The notes beneath the pieces are model-generated. The model saw only the letters and a program-made list of their open reading frames with translations. It had not been told where the DNA came from and searched no databases. From an uncultured bacterium (GTDB lineage Bacteria > Bacteroidota > Ignavibacteria > Kapaibacteriales > UBA2268): a stretch of DNA of 64,000 nt. How positions within the stretch are numbered: the stretch's first letter is position 1; every line of letters starts with the position of its first letter. Positions 1 to 9,704 of the stretch are shown here, one piece after another. The stretch spans positions 105,144 through 169,143 of the forward strand of contig CALNXW010000016.1 in the NCBI GenBank assembly GCA_942490685.1, read 5' to 3'. The position numbers and the translations under genes were made by a program.

Positions 1-1063
1 TGATGATATCTTCAGGAGAGTTTTTGCCAGGAGCAAGAACGAAATTCGTTGTTCCTGAAGCATGTCCTGTTGATTTCAGACCAAGCTTTCTGGCTGAATA
101 AGTAGAAAGTAAAAAGCTTTGCAATTTACCATCTTTAATGATATCTACATGGCGAGTCGGAACGCCTTCACCGTCATAAGGGCGAGACCCCGGACGACCT
201 GCAAGAGTACCATCATCAAATATATGTATATCGTTATTAGCGATTTCTTTACCAAGCATATCAGCAAGGAAAGTTGTTTTCATATAAGCAGCGTTACCGC
301 TTAAGCACTGAGCTAAAAAGCCAAGTAAAGAAGAAGCCATACGGTTATCAAATACGATAGGTACTTTTTGAGTTTCAATCTTTTTAGCACCCAAAAGCAT
401 AGTTGTTTTATCAATAGCTTTTTTAGATATTTCTTCTAAAGACATAAGTTCTTTAGGGCTGCGTGCGCTATCCCACCAACCGTCTTCGTTGATATTATCG
501 CCTTCACCTGCTTGCCCGTAGAAGCTATAATAAATACTAGACTGCATGTATGATTCACTGAAACCATTGGAGTTAGCAAGGAAGCTTTCGCCAACATATC
601 TTCCTGCACTTGAACCGCCTGAGCGTGACATGCGTTTGTCAGCCATTGTCATTTTTTCAAGTTTAAGTGCATTTTGAATCATTTCTTCAGGATTTACATT
701 CGCAACAGACGGATCGTAAAGTTTTAAGCTCTCAGCAGAAACTTTAAGAGCTTCTTTTTCAGGGAGAGCAGAGTATTCATCTGAACTGCCGTAAGTAGCT
801 CTTTCGATTGCATTTTTTGCCATAGTCTGCAAAGTTTCCATATTCATATCAGAGGAGGAAGCAGTTGCAACTTTGTTATCTTTGATTACTTTCAAAGAAA
901 GACCTGCAGAACCGGCGTTGCTTAGATTTTCTATATTTCCTTCTCTAACTTCAGCTGAGAATCGAGTGCCTGTACCAATTGAAACCTGCACTTGATCTGC
1001 ACCGTTTTTACGAGCAAATTGTACTAGATTTTCAGCAATTTGTTTGTAGTTTACCTGAGCCAT
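1..1063 (-). CDS. pmbA: PmbA/TldE family protein, 3' end truncated by the window edge (not in the ORF track)
   Basis: Manual translation from ATG at 1063-1061: MAQVNYKQIAENLVQFARKNGADQVQVSIG...RPYDGEGVP...TGHASGTTNF. These are PmbA-type motifs. The ATG overlaps the tldD stop (TAATG). No signal peptide. Confidence 0.88.
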   Translation of the reverse strand, partial: MAQVNYKQIAENLVQFARKNGADQVQVSIGTGTRFSAEVREGNIENLSNAGSAGLSLKVIKDNKVATASSSDMNMETLQTMAKNAIERATYGSSDEYSALPEKEALKVSAESLKLYDPSVANVNPEEMIQNALKLEKMTMADKRMSRSGGSSAGRYVGESFLANSNGFSESYMQSSIYYSFYGQAGEGDNINEDGWWDSARSPKELMSLEEISKKAIDKTTMLLGAKKIETQKVPIVFDNRMASSLLGFLAQCLSGNAAYMKTTFLADMLGKEIANNDIHIFDDGTLAGRPGSRPYDGEGVPTRHVDIIKDGKLQSFLLSTYSARKLGLKSTGHASGTTNFVLAPGKNSPEDII

Positions 1064-2589
1064 TACGCTATACCTCCCACAGTCATTTCACTAATTCTCA
1101 AAGAAGGAGTACCGCAAGTAACAGGAACGCTCTGTCCGTCTTTACCGCAAGTACCGAGGAAGAATCCCATATCGTTACCAATCATATCCACATTTTTGAG
1201 GATTTGAATATTAGAGCCGATAAGAGTAGCGTTTTTCAATGGATGTGTAAGTTTACCGTCTTCAATCATATAGCCTAAGTTTACAGAGAATGTAAACTGA
1301 CCTGTTCCGTTAACCATACCACCTTGATAAGTAACAGCATAGAAGCCTTTCTTTACTGAAGAGATGATTTCTTCAGGATCTTTATCTCCTGCTGCCAGAA
1401 TAGTATTATTCATACGAGGGATAGGCATGTGGCGGTAAGATTGTCTTCTTGCATGACCGTTACGTTTCATATTAAGCTGCTGAGCTGAAACTCTGTCATG
1501 AAGGAATCCAACTAATTTACCTTTCTCAATAAGCATTGCATTTTCAGAATTCATACCTTCATCGTCAATGTTTAAAGAGCCTCTATAATCCGGAATAGTA
1601 CCGTCATCATAAATTGTAACCTGCGGGTTAGCAACCATTTGATTTACTTTATCCCACATAATAGAAGTTTTTTTCCAGTTAGCATCGCCTTCGAGCGGGT
1701 GACCAACTGCTTCGTGGATCATTACACCTGATTGATCTTTGCTTAGTACTACCTGCATTTGACCTGCAGGAGCATCTTTAGCTTTAAGAAGTTCCAATGC
1801 TTCTTTTGCAGCATCTTTACCTATTTTTTCAGGAGTAGAAACTTTTGCATAGAAGTCCATACCTACACGACCGCCGTCATTACCGCGACCTGTGTTACGA
1901 ACACCTTTATCTTCGGCAGTAGCTGAAACTACAAGTCTAACTTGTGGGCGAGTATCAGAAATCACAAGACCGTCACTGTTTGCAATAGTAACATACTGCA
2001 TTTCATCTGCAAGCGAAGCAGAAACCTTTTTGATTTTGCTATCATAATTCAAAGCAGCTTTATAAGCTTTTGTTACCAAATCAATTTTAGTTTTGATAGA
2101 TTGGTCAACAAACGATTTTTTCATATCATAAGCTTGAATAGCCGGATTTTTAACCATCATAGGGGCTATTTTGTGTTTTGCATTACTGTTAGCAATTGCT
2201 GCTGCAGTAAGCATAGCTTCTTTAATTTTTTCAAAAGTAAGTTCGTTAGTATAACCGTAACCCGTTTGAGCACCGTTTAATACACGAACACCAACACCAA
2301 GCGAAATACTTTCACTTGAGTTCTTGATAATATCTTCTGACATTACAACAGAACTGGAGATATTGTATTCGAAATACAATTCAGAGAAGTCACCACCTTT
2401 AGAAAGGCCTAGACTCAAAAGCTGTTTAAGCTGTTCGTTGGAAATGCCAAACTTTTCGGGAATCATCATATTAGAATTCTCCGGCATTAGGGCAGATGCG
2501 ATTTTGTTATTTATGAGACCGGTAGCCATAAGGGCACCGGCACCTACACCGCATTTCTTTAAGAAATCTCTACGGTTGAGTTCACTCAT
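1063..2589 (-). CDS. tldD: TldD metalloprotease with an N-terminal twin-arginine signal
   Basis: HEAVGH (HExxxH) metal motif, C-terminal CGKDGQSVPV and RMNNT motifs. N-terminus NRRDFLK followed by a hydrophobic stretch and ASA. Confidence 0.92.
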   Translation of the reverse strand: MSELNRRDFLKKCGVGAGALMATGLINNKIASALMPENSNMMIPEKFGISNEQLKQLLSLGLSKGGDFSELYFEYNISSSVVMSEDIIKNSSESISLGVGVRVLNGAQTGYGYTNELTFEKIKEAMLTAAAIANSNAKHKIAPMMVKNPAIQAYDMKKSFVDQSIKTKIDLVTKAYKAALNYDSKIKKVSASLADEMQYVTIANSDGLVISDTRPQVRLVVSATAEDKGVRNTGRGNDGGRVGMDFYAKVSTPEKIGKDAAKEALELLKAKDAPAGQMQVVLSKDQSGVMIHEAVGHPLEGDANWKKTSIMWDKVNQMVANPQVTIYDDGTIPDYRGSLNIDDEGMNSENAMLIEKGKLVGFLHDRVSAQQLNMKRNGHARRQSYRHMPIPRMNNTILAAGDKDPEEIISSVKKGFYAVTYQGGMVNGTGQFTFSVNLGYMIEDGKLTHPLKNATLIGSNIQILKNVDMIGNDMGFFLGTCGKDGQSVPVTCGTPSLRISEMTVGGIA

Positions 2590-2757
2590 AATAAACTCCA
2601 GAATATATAAAACTTATAGTATTTTTTCCCCGGAATACTATTATAGAAATAGTACGTAATCATATCACAGAAGTTAGTTAAAAAAGGGAAGAATTACAAT
2701 TTAAAAGGAATAGAAATATTGTTGAGAAAAGGAGCTTGTAAATAGGCATTAAAATGC

Positions 2758-2765
2758 TAAATTTG
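2758..2765 (+). promoter_or_regulatory. Bacteroidota-type -7 promoter element TAAATTTG
   Basis: Matches TAnnTTTG, 48 nt upstream of the 2813 ATG. Confidence 0.5.
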
Positions 2766-2812
2766 CCGTCACTGAACTTATAAACTTTAGTTTACTTCTT
2801 TAGAGACCGGGT

Positions 2813-4081
2813 ATGAAAAAATTACTTTCTTGCTGTGCTTTTGCGCTGCTTGCCATGATGAGTTATGGGCATAATGCTCTAGCTCAAAATATTGGTATAA
2901 ATGAGGATGGTGGTGCGCCACATCCTAGTGCTATGTTAGATGTTGAGTCTAATTCAAAAGGTATTTTAATACCGAGAATAGATTATAACAACAAACCGGC
3001 AAATCCTGCCACTGGCTTACTTATCTATGTTACTTCTAATGGACCTCTTGGTAATAATACTTTTTATTACTACAATGGAACTGATTGGTTAGTTTTTGAC
3101 CAGTGGGCTGTTTCCGGTTCAAATATCTATTACAATTCCGGAAGTGTCACAGTAGGTAACTCTGACGCAGTAGATCCTACAGTTGCCAAAATGAAAGTGC
3201 ACGGAGGTATTGCTTTTTCGGGTGCGAATCAATCCACTACTAAAGGATTGCTTTTTTATAATTCCACAGCAGGTGCTAATGGTTTTGGAGCATTCCAATA
3301 TATCAATCAACTGAATCAGGTGCAAACTATCGGCACTGGGACAGTTGAAACAAATGGTGCTCCCGGCATAGAAACAGATGATTACGTCAGAAATGATGAT
3401 TTGATTGTGCTTCAGAGCATGGCAGTAGGCAAAAATGCAGAACCTGACTACAATTTCCAATTTAATACTCTTGTTTTGCAAGACGAAATCATCAGACTTC
3501 TTTTCGATGACACAAGTAACGCCGGAAGTTTCCCTAATAATGACTGGATGATTGAAATAAACTCTGCTACTCCCGGCGGCAAAAACTACTTTGCAATAAA
3601 GGATGTAACTGCTACTAAATATCCTTTTATGATAGAAGCACCAGGTGTAGATCACGCCTTTTATATCAAAGGCGATAACATAGGTCTAGGCACTGATAAT
3701 CCGCTTAAACAACTTCATATAGTTAATGGAACTAATCCTACAATTAGATTTGAGCAGGACGAAACCAATGCCAATACACCTCAAACATGGGATGTTCAGG
3801 CAAATGACAATAAACTATCATTCGTAGATGTAACAAACTCAGGCACAGAGGCACTTGTAATTGAGCAGGGAGCTCCAAGTTCTTCTCTTTACGTGGATGG
3901 TAACGGTAATACAGGCTTTGGCACTGCTACACCCGCAAGAAGTGTTCACATTTCTACTGCAATGAAATTAGAACCTCAAAACTCAGCCCCTGCAAATCCA
4001 AGCAAAGGTGATTTATACTTTGATAATAACGATAATAAATTGAAATGTTTTGATGGAACACAATGGCAAAACTGCTGGTAG
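2813..4081 (+). CDS. Secreted tail-fibre-like beta-rich protein (GIGTxxP repeats), paralogue A
   Basis: Signal peptide; IGINEDGGAPHPSAMLDVESNSKGILIPR N-terminal motif; RLLFDDTS..FP.NDW and NIGLGTDNP/GFGTATP repeats; ends CFDGTQWQNCW. Confidence 0.7.
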   Translation: MKKLLSCCAFALLAMMSYGHNALAQNIGINEDGGAPHPSAMLDVESNSKGILIPRIDYNNKPANPATGLLIYVTSNGPLGNNTFYYYNGTDWLVFDQWAVSGSNIYYNSGSVTVGNSDAVDPTVAKMKVHGGIAFSGANQSTTKGLLFYNSTAGANGFGAFQYINQLNQVQTIGTGTVETNGAPGIETDDYVRNDDLIVLQSMAVGKNAEPDYNFQFNTLVLQDEIIRLLFDDTSNAGSFPNNDWMIEINSATPGGKNYFAIKDVTATKYPFMIEAPGVDHAFYIKGDNIGLGTDNPLKQLHIVNGTNPTIRFEQDETNANTPQTWDVQANDNKLSFVDVTNSGTEALVIEQGAPSSSLYVDGNGNTGFGTATPARSVHISTAMKLEPQNSAPANPSKGDLYFDNNDNKLKCFDGTQWQNCW

Positions 4082-4092
4082 GAGTATGTAAA

Positions 4093-4947
4093 ATGAAAAT
4101 ATATATATGTTTACTTCTTCTGCTGTCTTTTTGTCTTCCTCTGCACTCTCAGGGCTTATACAATAATGGAGCAAAAATAGTGACTCAGCCTGGAACCCAC
4201 TTATATGTAAACGGGAACTATAGAGCAGAGTCTGTAAGTGCAAACGACGCAAATATCGATATAGCAGATGATTTCTTTTTAGGTGGCAATTTTATAAATA
4301 ACGTAGCTGCAGGATTTGGATTTACCAGTCAAAATGCGACTTGGGTATTCAATATTGTTGGAAGTTCCTCTCAAAACTGGCAGGGTGCAAATTCAAATTC
4401 CATCATTATTCCTAATCTAACATTTGCAGATGGCGCATATTTTGATTTTACAGGAAAAGAAATAAGTGTAACAGGTAATGTAATATTGAATGGTACAACA
4501 TTCCAGGCAAAAGTAGGAGATCTTGATTTTACAATAGGAGGCACTGCTTCAGGAACGGGACTATTTGATGTTTCTGAAGCCGGAAGTCTGATAATGACTC
4601 CTGCTCAAAATGTACCGCTGTTTTTTCCTATAGGTGATGGTATCTATAATGAATCTGTAACTTTGACTTGTCTTAACGTACCATCTCAAACTATTGGTAT
4701 AAAGATAAATACAAGTAACTTCGCTTCTTCATATTTGCTTTGGGATATAAGCGCTGAAGACAATTTGAATGCAACGGGACTTTTCAGAGTAGATAAACTT
4801 GCGCTTGGGAATCTGGATCCTGTGCTTAATAATAGTATGAGATACTATAACGGAGTCAGGTATATACCTTTCCCTGAAGCAAATGTAAGTATTTTAGATC
4901 AGAATACTTATTATGATATAACGATTACTTCGATTAATCAATTTTAG
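4093..4947 (+). CDS. Secreted hypothetical protein (beta-rich); start moved to ATG 4093
   Basis: MKIYICLLLLLSFCLPLHSQ signal peptide; starts 11 nt after the upstream stop; operon context. Confidence 0.7.
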   Translation: MKIYICLLLLLSFCLPLHSQGLYNNGAKIVTQPGTHLYVNGNYRAESVSANDANIDIADDFFLGGNFINNVAAGFGFTSQNATWVFNIVGSSSQNWQGANSNSIIIPNLTFADGAYFDFTGKEISVTGNVILNGTTFQAKVGDLDFTIGGTASGTGLFDVSEAGSLIMTPAQNVPLFFPIGDGIYNESVTLTCLNVPSQTIGIKINTSNFASSYLLWDISAEDNLNATGLFRVDKLALGNLDPVLNNSMRYYNGVRYIPFPEANVSILDQNTYYDITITSINQF

Positions 4948-4957
4948 AGCTTTGATA

Positions 4958-5416
4958 ATGAAATCAATTATTTATATAACAATTGGATTATTATTATCAA
5001 TCGGAGTAATAGCTCAGGTTGGTGTATTTAATTCTATTGTATCTACAAATCCAATAGAAAATGTACAGTCCACTTCGTTTGATTGCGGAGGTACAATTTC
5101 TTTACTTGCCACAGATCCTGATGTTACTGAATGGGGAATCTGCTGGAATGCAGTTGGTTCACCTACTACTTCAGATAATAAAGTTTCTCAGACAGGTATA
5201 ATCAGAGATGGTTCTTATACTCTTACGGCTAATGGAATGGCAGTTTACGGTAATCCGTTTTATGTAAGAGCATATGCAGTAAACACTGATGGAACTTTTT
5301 ATGGTCAGGAATTATACTTTAATGTGATTCCTACACTTCCGGAATGGGGATTGATAATTCTTGCATCGTCATTTGTAATAGGCGGTGGCTGGTTCTTGTA
5401 TAGGAGGGTAATCTAA
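4958..5416 (+). CDS. Small FN3-like secreted protein with an IPTL-CTERM sorting signal
   Basis: WGICWNAVGSPT...FYVRAYAVNTDGTFYGQE FN3-like motif. C-terminus IPTLPEWGLIIL, then a TM helix, then RR, which is the IPTL-CTERM pattern. Confidence 0.8.
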   Translation: MKSIIYITIGLLLSIGVIAQVGVFNSIVSTNPIENVQSTSFDCGGTISLLATDPDVTEWGICWNAVGSPTTSDNKVSQTGIIRDGSYTLTANGMAVYGNPFYVRAYAVNTDGTFYGQELYFNVIPTLPEWGLIILASSFVIGGGWFLYRRVI

Positions 5417-6747
5417 TGAAAAAGCTTCTTTTTATCATTTTATTGCTTTCAGCCGGTGCTGCATACTCACAAAGTGTTAGCATTAGTTCTGATGGAGCTG
5501 CTCCTGATGCAAGTGCTTTACTCGACATACAATCTTCAGATAAAGGTGTTTTATTCCCAAGATTAGACTTCTTCAACTTAGAGAGTGGAGTCAATGGACT
5601 CTTTGCTTATATAGAAGAAAACGGATTTAATGGGAATGGAACATTTTACGGATATTTTGGAAATTCATGGCATTCTGTAAATAAATGGGGACAGTACAGT
5701 AGTAACATTTATTATAATAAAGGATATGTTGCGGTAGGCATCACTCCTGATAATGGTGTTCCGCTGAAAGTAGAAGGTGGAATCTTATTTGCAGATAACT
5801 CTACTTCTGTTACTCCGGGTTTGCTGTTTTTTGATGAGATTGAAGATAAATTCTATTATTATGATAATAATGGAACTAAGCAAGAGCTTGGAGCTAATGA
5901 TGTAAATGCTATTTATCCTCAGCCGCTATTAAGCCAAACTGGAAATATATTTGTAGGTCAAGTCAAACAAATCACTGCTATATATCAGCAGCCAATTACA
6001 TTTCCTCCAGTCATCATCGGGTATGATACCACAATGGTTGATTCTTATGATACTAGAGATACTTTGGCTCAAAATCTTATTCTAAAAGGTAAACTAGGGA
6101 TTGGTATAGATTGTAACAATGGCGAGATGTTTGGGCAAGAGCAAATCAAATTAAAGGAAAACAACCTAAGAATTTGTTTTGATGACAATAGTAATGATGC
6201 TACAAATAACAACTGGATAATTGAAGCCAATCAATCTTCTAATGGTGGTAAAAACTATCTGGCTTTTGGTGACTTTAATGATTCTACATATAATTTCGTG
6301 GTTGAGAGACAGAATAGAAATTATGCTGCATATTTAAAATCTCAGAACCTAGGTATAGGAACTAATCTTCCTCAAACTCAAATGCACCTCGTTTTTCCTG
6401 TAACTAATACTCTTCGTCTGGAGCAAGATTCTACAGATGCAAACACGGTTCAGGTGTGGGACATAAACTTTGATGATACAGGATTATACATATCGGATAT
6501 CACGAATTCCAATGCTATTCCGGTTCATATATCCAATAATGTATCAAATGCAATCCATATAAGTGCTGATGGGAATGTTGGAATTGGTACTAATATGCCA
6601 ACACGAGCCTTACATGTAAATGGTGCGGTAAGGATGGAACCACAATCCGCGGCACCTGCTAATCCAAGTAAAGGTGATGTCTACTTTGATGACTCAGAGG
6701 ATATGATGAAGTGTTACGACGGAACACAGTGGCAAAATCTCTGGTAA
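5416..6747 (+). CDS. Secreted tail-fibre-like protein, paralogue B
   Basis: Same architecture as 2813-4081 (APDASALLDIQSSDKGVLFPR; LKENNLRICFDD; GIGTNLP/GIGTNMP). Ends CYDGTQWQNLW. TAATG coupling to the upstream gene. Confidence 0.7.
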   Translation: MKKLLFIILLLSAGAAYSQSVSISSDGAAPDASALLDIQSSDKGVLFPRLDFFNLESGVNGLFAYIEENGFNGNGTFYGYFGNSWHSVNKWGQYSSNIYYNKGYVAVGITPDNGVPLKVEGGILFADNSTSVTPGLLFFDEIEDKFYYYDNNGTKQELGANDVNAIYPQPLLSQTGNIFVGQVKQITAIYQQPITFPPVIIGYDTTMVDSYDTRDTLAQNLILKGKLGIGIDCNNGEMFGQEQIKLKENNLRICFDDNSNDATNNNWIIEANQSSNGGKNYLAFGDFNDSTYNFVVERQNRNYAAYLKSQNLGIGTNLPQTQMHLVFPVTNTLRLEQDSTDANTVQVWDINFDDTGLYISDITNSNAIPVHISNNVSNAIHISADGNVGIGTNMPTRALHVNGAVRMEPQSAAPANPSKGDVYFDDSEDMMKCYDGTQWQNLW

Positions 6748-6753
6748 AATTTG

Positions 6754-6785
6754 AAAGGAGTCTTCACACAAAAGACTCCTTTTTC
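6754..6785 (+). terminator. Intrinsic terminator
   Basis: AAAGGAGTCTT/AAGACTCCTTT stem plus T-tract. Confidence 0.8.
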
Positions 6786-6835
6786 TTTGCTAAATTTGTA
6801 ACCTTTACCTACTTTTGTGTGTTATATTAACAGTT

Positions 6836-7360
6836 ATGAAAAAAATACTCGCATATATTATGATATTAGTTTTATTGCTGGGGTCAGTTACTGCTCCGGC
6901 AATATTTTCATTTATGCAGAGTAAAATTAAAAAAGCAGTAAAAAAAACTATATTAGCCGGCATCCCTGAAGAGGATTTGGATGTGCTCAGGATCACTGAT
7001 GCTCAGATGCAGGATGCTCGAATATTTAACTTTGTAGAAGCTCATGAGTTCATTTTCTACGGCAAAATGTATGATATAGTCCGCTCTGAAAAAGCAGGCG
7101 ATACTACTATTTTTTATTGTGTATATGATGACTTAGAAACAAAGTTGGTGCAGCGTTTTGCAGATATTGCAGCAGGAACCATGAATAAATATGGCACCGT
7201 CTTGAACCACATTCTTGATAATATGCTCAAAATTAAAATAATATATAAAGCATTCTCTCTATTTTACGATTTCCTGACTGAAAAACACAACACAATAAGA
7301 TACTTTTCCCCTTTAAATACATATCTCGATGTACCCGTGCCTCCGCCTAAGTTTGGGTAA
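6836..7360 (+). CDS. Conserved hypothetical protein upstream of a TonB receptor, with N-terminal TM and C-terminal PVPPP
   Basis: EFIFYGKMYDIV...CVYDDLETKL motif resembles Bacteroidota genes preceding TonB receptors. TAAATTTG promoter motif at 6791-6798. Confidence 0.6.
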   Translation: MKKILAYIMILVLLLGSVTAPAIFSFMQSKIKKAVKKTILAGIPEEDLDVLRITDAQMQDARIFNFVEAHEFIFYGKMYDIVRSEKAGDTTIFYCVYDDLETKLVQRFADIAAGTMNKYGTVLNHILDNMLKIKIIYKAFSLFYDFLTEKHNTIRYFSPLNTYLDVPVPPPKFG

Positions 7361-7708
7361 ATGACATATAGAAATGAATTGAATATCTAACTTTCAGCAT
7401 TCACTTCTTGAGCGCTTAGCAAAGCCATCCAATTTTGGGTGCACACTGAAAGCGTGAAGGTGTGGATATTGTCTCATAAGCTTAAATTTGAATTTAATTA
7501 TAACTATTTGCAAGTGTAGCAAACGGAAAGATTTTCGAATGCGCAATTGAAAAATGGCACTTATGAGACAAGTTCCAAGTGAAAGTTACAATCTTTTACT
7601 TGAAACAAGTGCTACTAATAAGGCATTTTTACTCTGTTGAGACTGCTTATTAGTGCAAAATGAAAAGATACTATACTGACAAAAAAAAATCAAACTTAGG
7701 TGATTAAA

Positions 7709-9679
7709 ATGAAGAAATTACTTTGTATTGCTGCGCTTGCAGTGATGTCTTTGACTAGTGCAAAAGCATCAGAAAGCGAAGCTGATACTCTAAAAACATA
7801 TAGATTGGGTGCAATTACAGTAACTGATGACAGACTGGAAACAAAAAATATAAGAGAAGCGAAATTTTCGCAAGTCAAATACTATGAACTGCAACGCTCT
7901 GATGCCGCTTCTCTAAATGAAATCAAAGCATTTATCCCGACAGCAAATACACGAACAACCTCTATGGGGGAAACTCAGCTCTATGTTCGTGGAGCAGGTG
8001 ACAGGCAGCTAGGCTTATACCTTGACGGAGCTCTCTTAAATGTACCCTGGGATAATAGATTTGACTTAAACTTTTTGCCCGGTGATGTTATTGGTGAGCT
8101 GAAAGTAAATAAGAATGCCTCATCTGCTCTATATGGTATAAATGTTCTTGGTGGTGCAATTGATATTACTACTGCCGAAAGAAAAGAAGAAGGGTTCGGA
8201 GGAGCTTTCAAAATGATAGGCGGAGACGGAGGAGCTTTCTCTATTTCTGCAATGAACGATGGAAAAATCGGGAATCTGAATTATATAGTCAACTTCTCAC
8301 GAACCGGAAGAGATGGCTTTGTGATGGCTGACAACGATGAGATTTTGCTCAACCAAGACCCGGATGCTGATTTACGTACCAACTCCTATAATTTTAGGAA
8401 TAATATATTTGCTCGTGCTGAGTATACTCTGTCGGAAATGACTAACTTTGGGTTGACTTTTATCAACACTTCAGCTGAATTTGGGAATACGCCCGCAACT
8501 CATGAAGAAGTGAAACAAAGATTCTGGAAATATCCTGAAAGAAACAGGAGCATGATAATTTTTAATGGAGAGCAGTTCTTCGATAATAAAAAAGACTGGT
8601 CTTTAAAATTGACAGCTTGGGGTGATTTCTTTGATCAGAAAATTGAAGAGTATGAAGATGCTACTTACTCTGCAATAGATAAGAGTGTAAAAGATGAAGA
8701 TGCTACTTTTGGTAGCAGACTCACCTTGAATTATAAAATTAGTGACAACTCGACTATTTCTTACGTTTTTAACAGCATTAACTCAAAGCATGATAAAACA
8801 GAGTTTGAAAAAGAAGAATTGAATTTTGAGCAAAACAGCATAAGTACAGGGATGCAGTTCACTTCGAAACTCGGAAATCTTGAGTACGCTTTGGGAGGAA
8901 CATATGACTACTTCAAAACTCCAAAATCAGGAGAGTATATAGAATTTGAAGGTAATAGTTGGGATGATTATGGAGTGTTTGTAACATTAGATTATGCAAT
9001 TGATGATAACTTTACAGCATTTGCAAATGCAAGCAGAAAATCTCGTTTCCCGACGATGAGAGAATCATTTGACGAGGCATTGAATAAATTTAAATTCAAT
9101 CCGGATCTTAAACCTGAAACAGGAGTTTTGTCAGAAGTTGGAGTAGCCTATATCTCTAGTAAGTTTTCTGCGCAAGCCTCCATTTTTGCAAATATGTATG
9201 ATGATATGATCGAAAAAGTCAAAGTGAAAGATGATCCCGAAAAAAGAAAAATGAGGGCAAATCTTGCAGAAGCTACAATTACCGGTATTGATTTATCATT
9301 AGCTGCAAATATCAGTAAGTTTAAACTAGGTGGCTATGTTACACTCATGAGCAGTGATGGCAAGTTAGATGGGGAAGAGGTAGAGCTTAATAACAAGCCT
9401 GAAGTACTTTCAGGTATGCATTTAAGTTATAACACTTCTTTTGGTTTGCTTCCACAGCTTGAACTAGATTATAGAGGTAAACAATATGAAGACGGTATTG
9501 AGATAGATGGTGCTGCCTATGTCAATTTCCGCTTAGGATATACTTTTACTCAGTCAACAGTGTTACTTCCTGAAGTATTTATTCGAGTGAATAATATTTT
9601 TGATACCTTTAGGTACTCTCAATTGGGTATGCCTGAGGCTGGAAGAAGTATTAGTGGCGGATTTTCTCTAAGGATATAG
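7709..9679 (+). CDS. TonB-dependent outer-membrane receptor
   Basis: Signal peptide; plug motifs (LYVRG, LYLDG, SALYG..LGGAI); LKPETG; C-terminal PEAGRSISGGFSLRI. Confidence 0.9.
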   Translation: MKKLLCIAALAVMSLTSAKASESEADTLKTYRLGAITVTDDRLETKNIREAKFSQVKYYELQRSDAASLNEIKAFIPTANTRTTSMGETQLYVRGAGDRQLGLYLDGALLNVPWDNRFDLNFLPGDVIGELKVNKNASSALYGINVLGGAIDITTAERKEEGFGGAFKMIGGDGGAFSISAMNDGKIGNLNYIVNFSRTGRDGFVMADNDEILLNQDPDADLRTNSYNFRNNIFARAEYTLSEMTNFGLTFINTSAEFGNTPATHEEVKQRFWKYPERNRSMIIFNGEQFFDNKKDWSLKLTAWGDFFDQKIEEYEDATYSAIDKSVKDEDATFGSRLTLNYKISDNSTISYVFNSINSKHDKTEFEKEELNFEQNSISTGMQFTSKLGNLEYALGGTYDYFKTPKSGEYIEFEGNSWDDYGVFVTLDYAIDDNFTAFANASRKSRFPTMRESFDEALNKFKFNPDLKPETGVLSEVGVAYISSKFSAQASIFANMYDDMIEKVKVKDDPEKRKMRANLAEATITGIDLSLAANISKFKLGGYVTLMSSDGKLDGEEVELNNKPEVLSGMHLSYNTSFGLLPQLELDYRGKQYEDGIEIDGAAYVNFRLGYTFTQSTVLLPEVFIRVNNIFDTFRYSQLGMPEAGRSISGGFSLRI

Positions 9680-9704
9680 AAATATACAGTGAGAGAAATG
9701 ATAC

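Noticed and set aside
7361-7700. Cobalamin or TPP riboswitch before the TonB receptor
   Set aside because: GGGTGC..CTGAAAG is only superficially TPP-like. The downstream TPP core and the B12-box motifs were not found.
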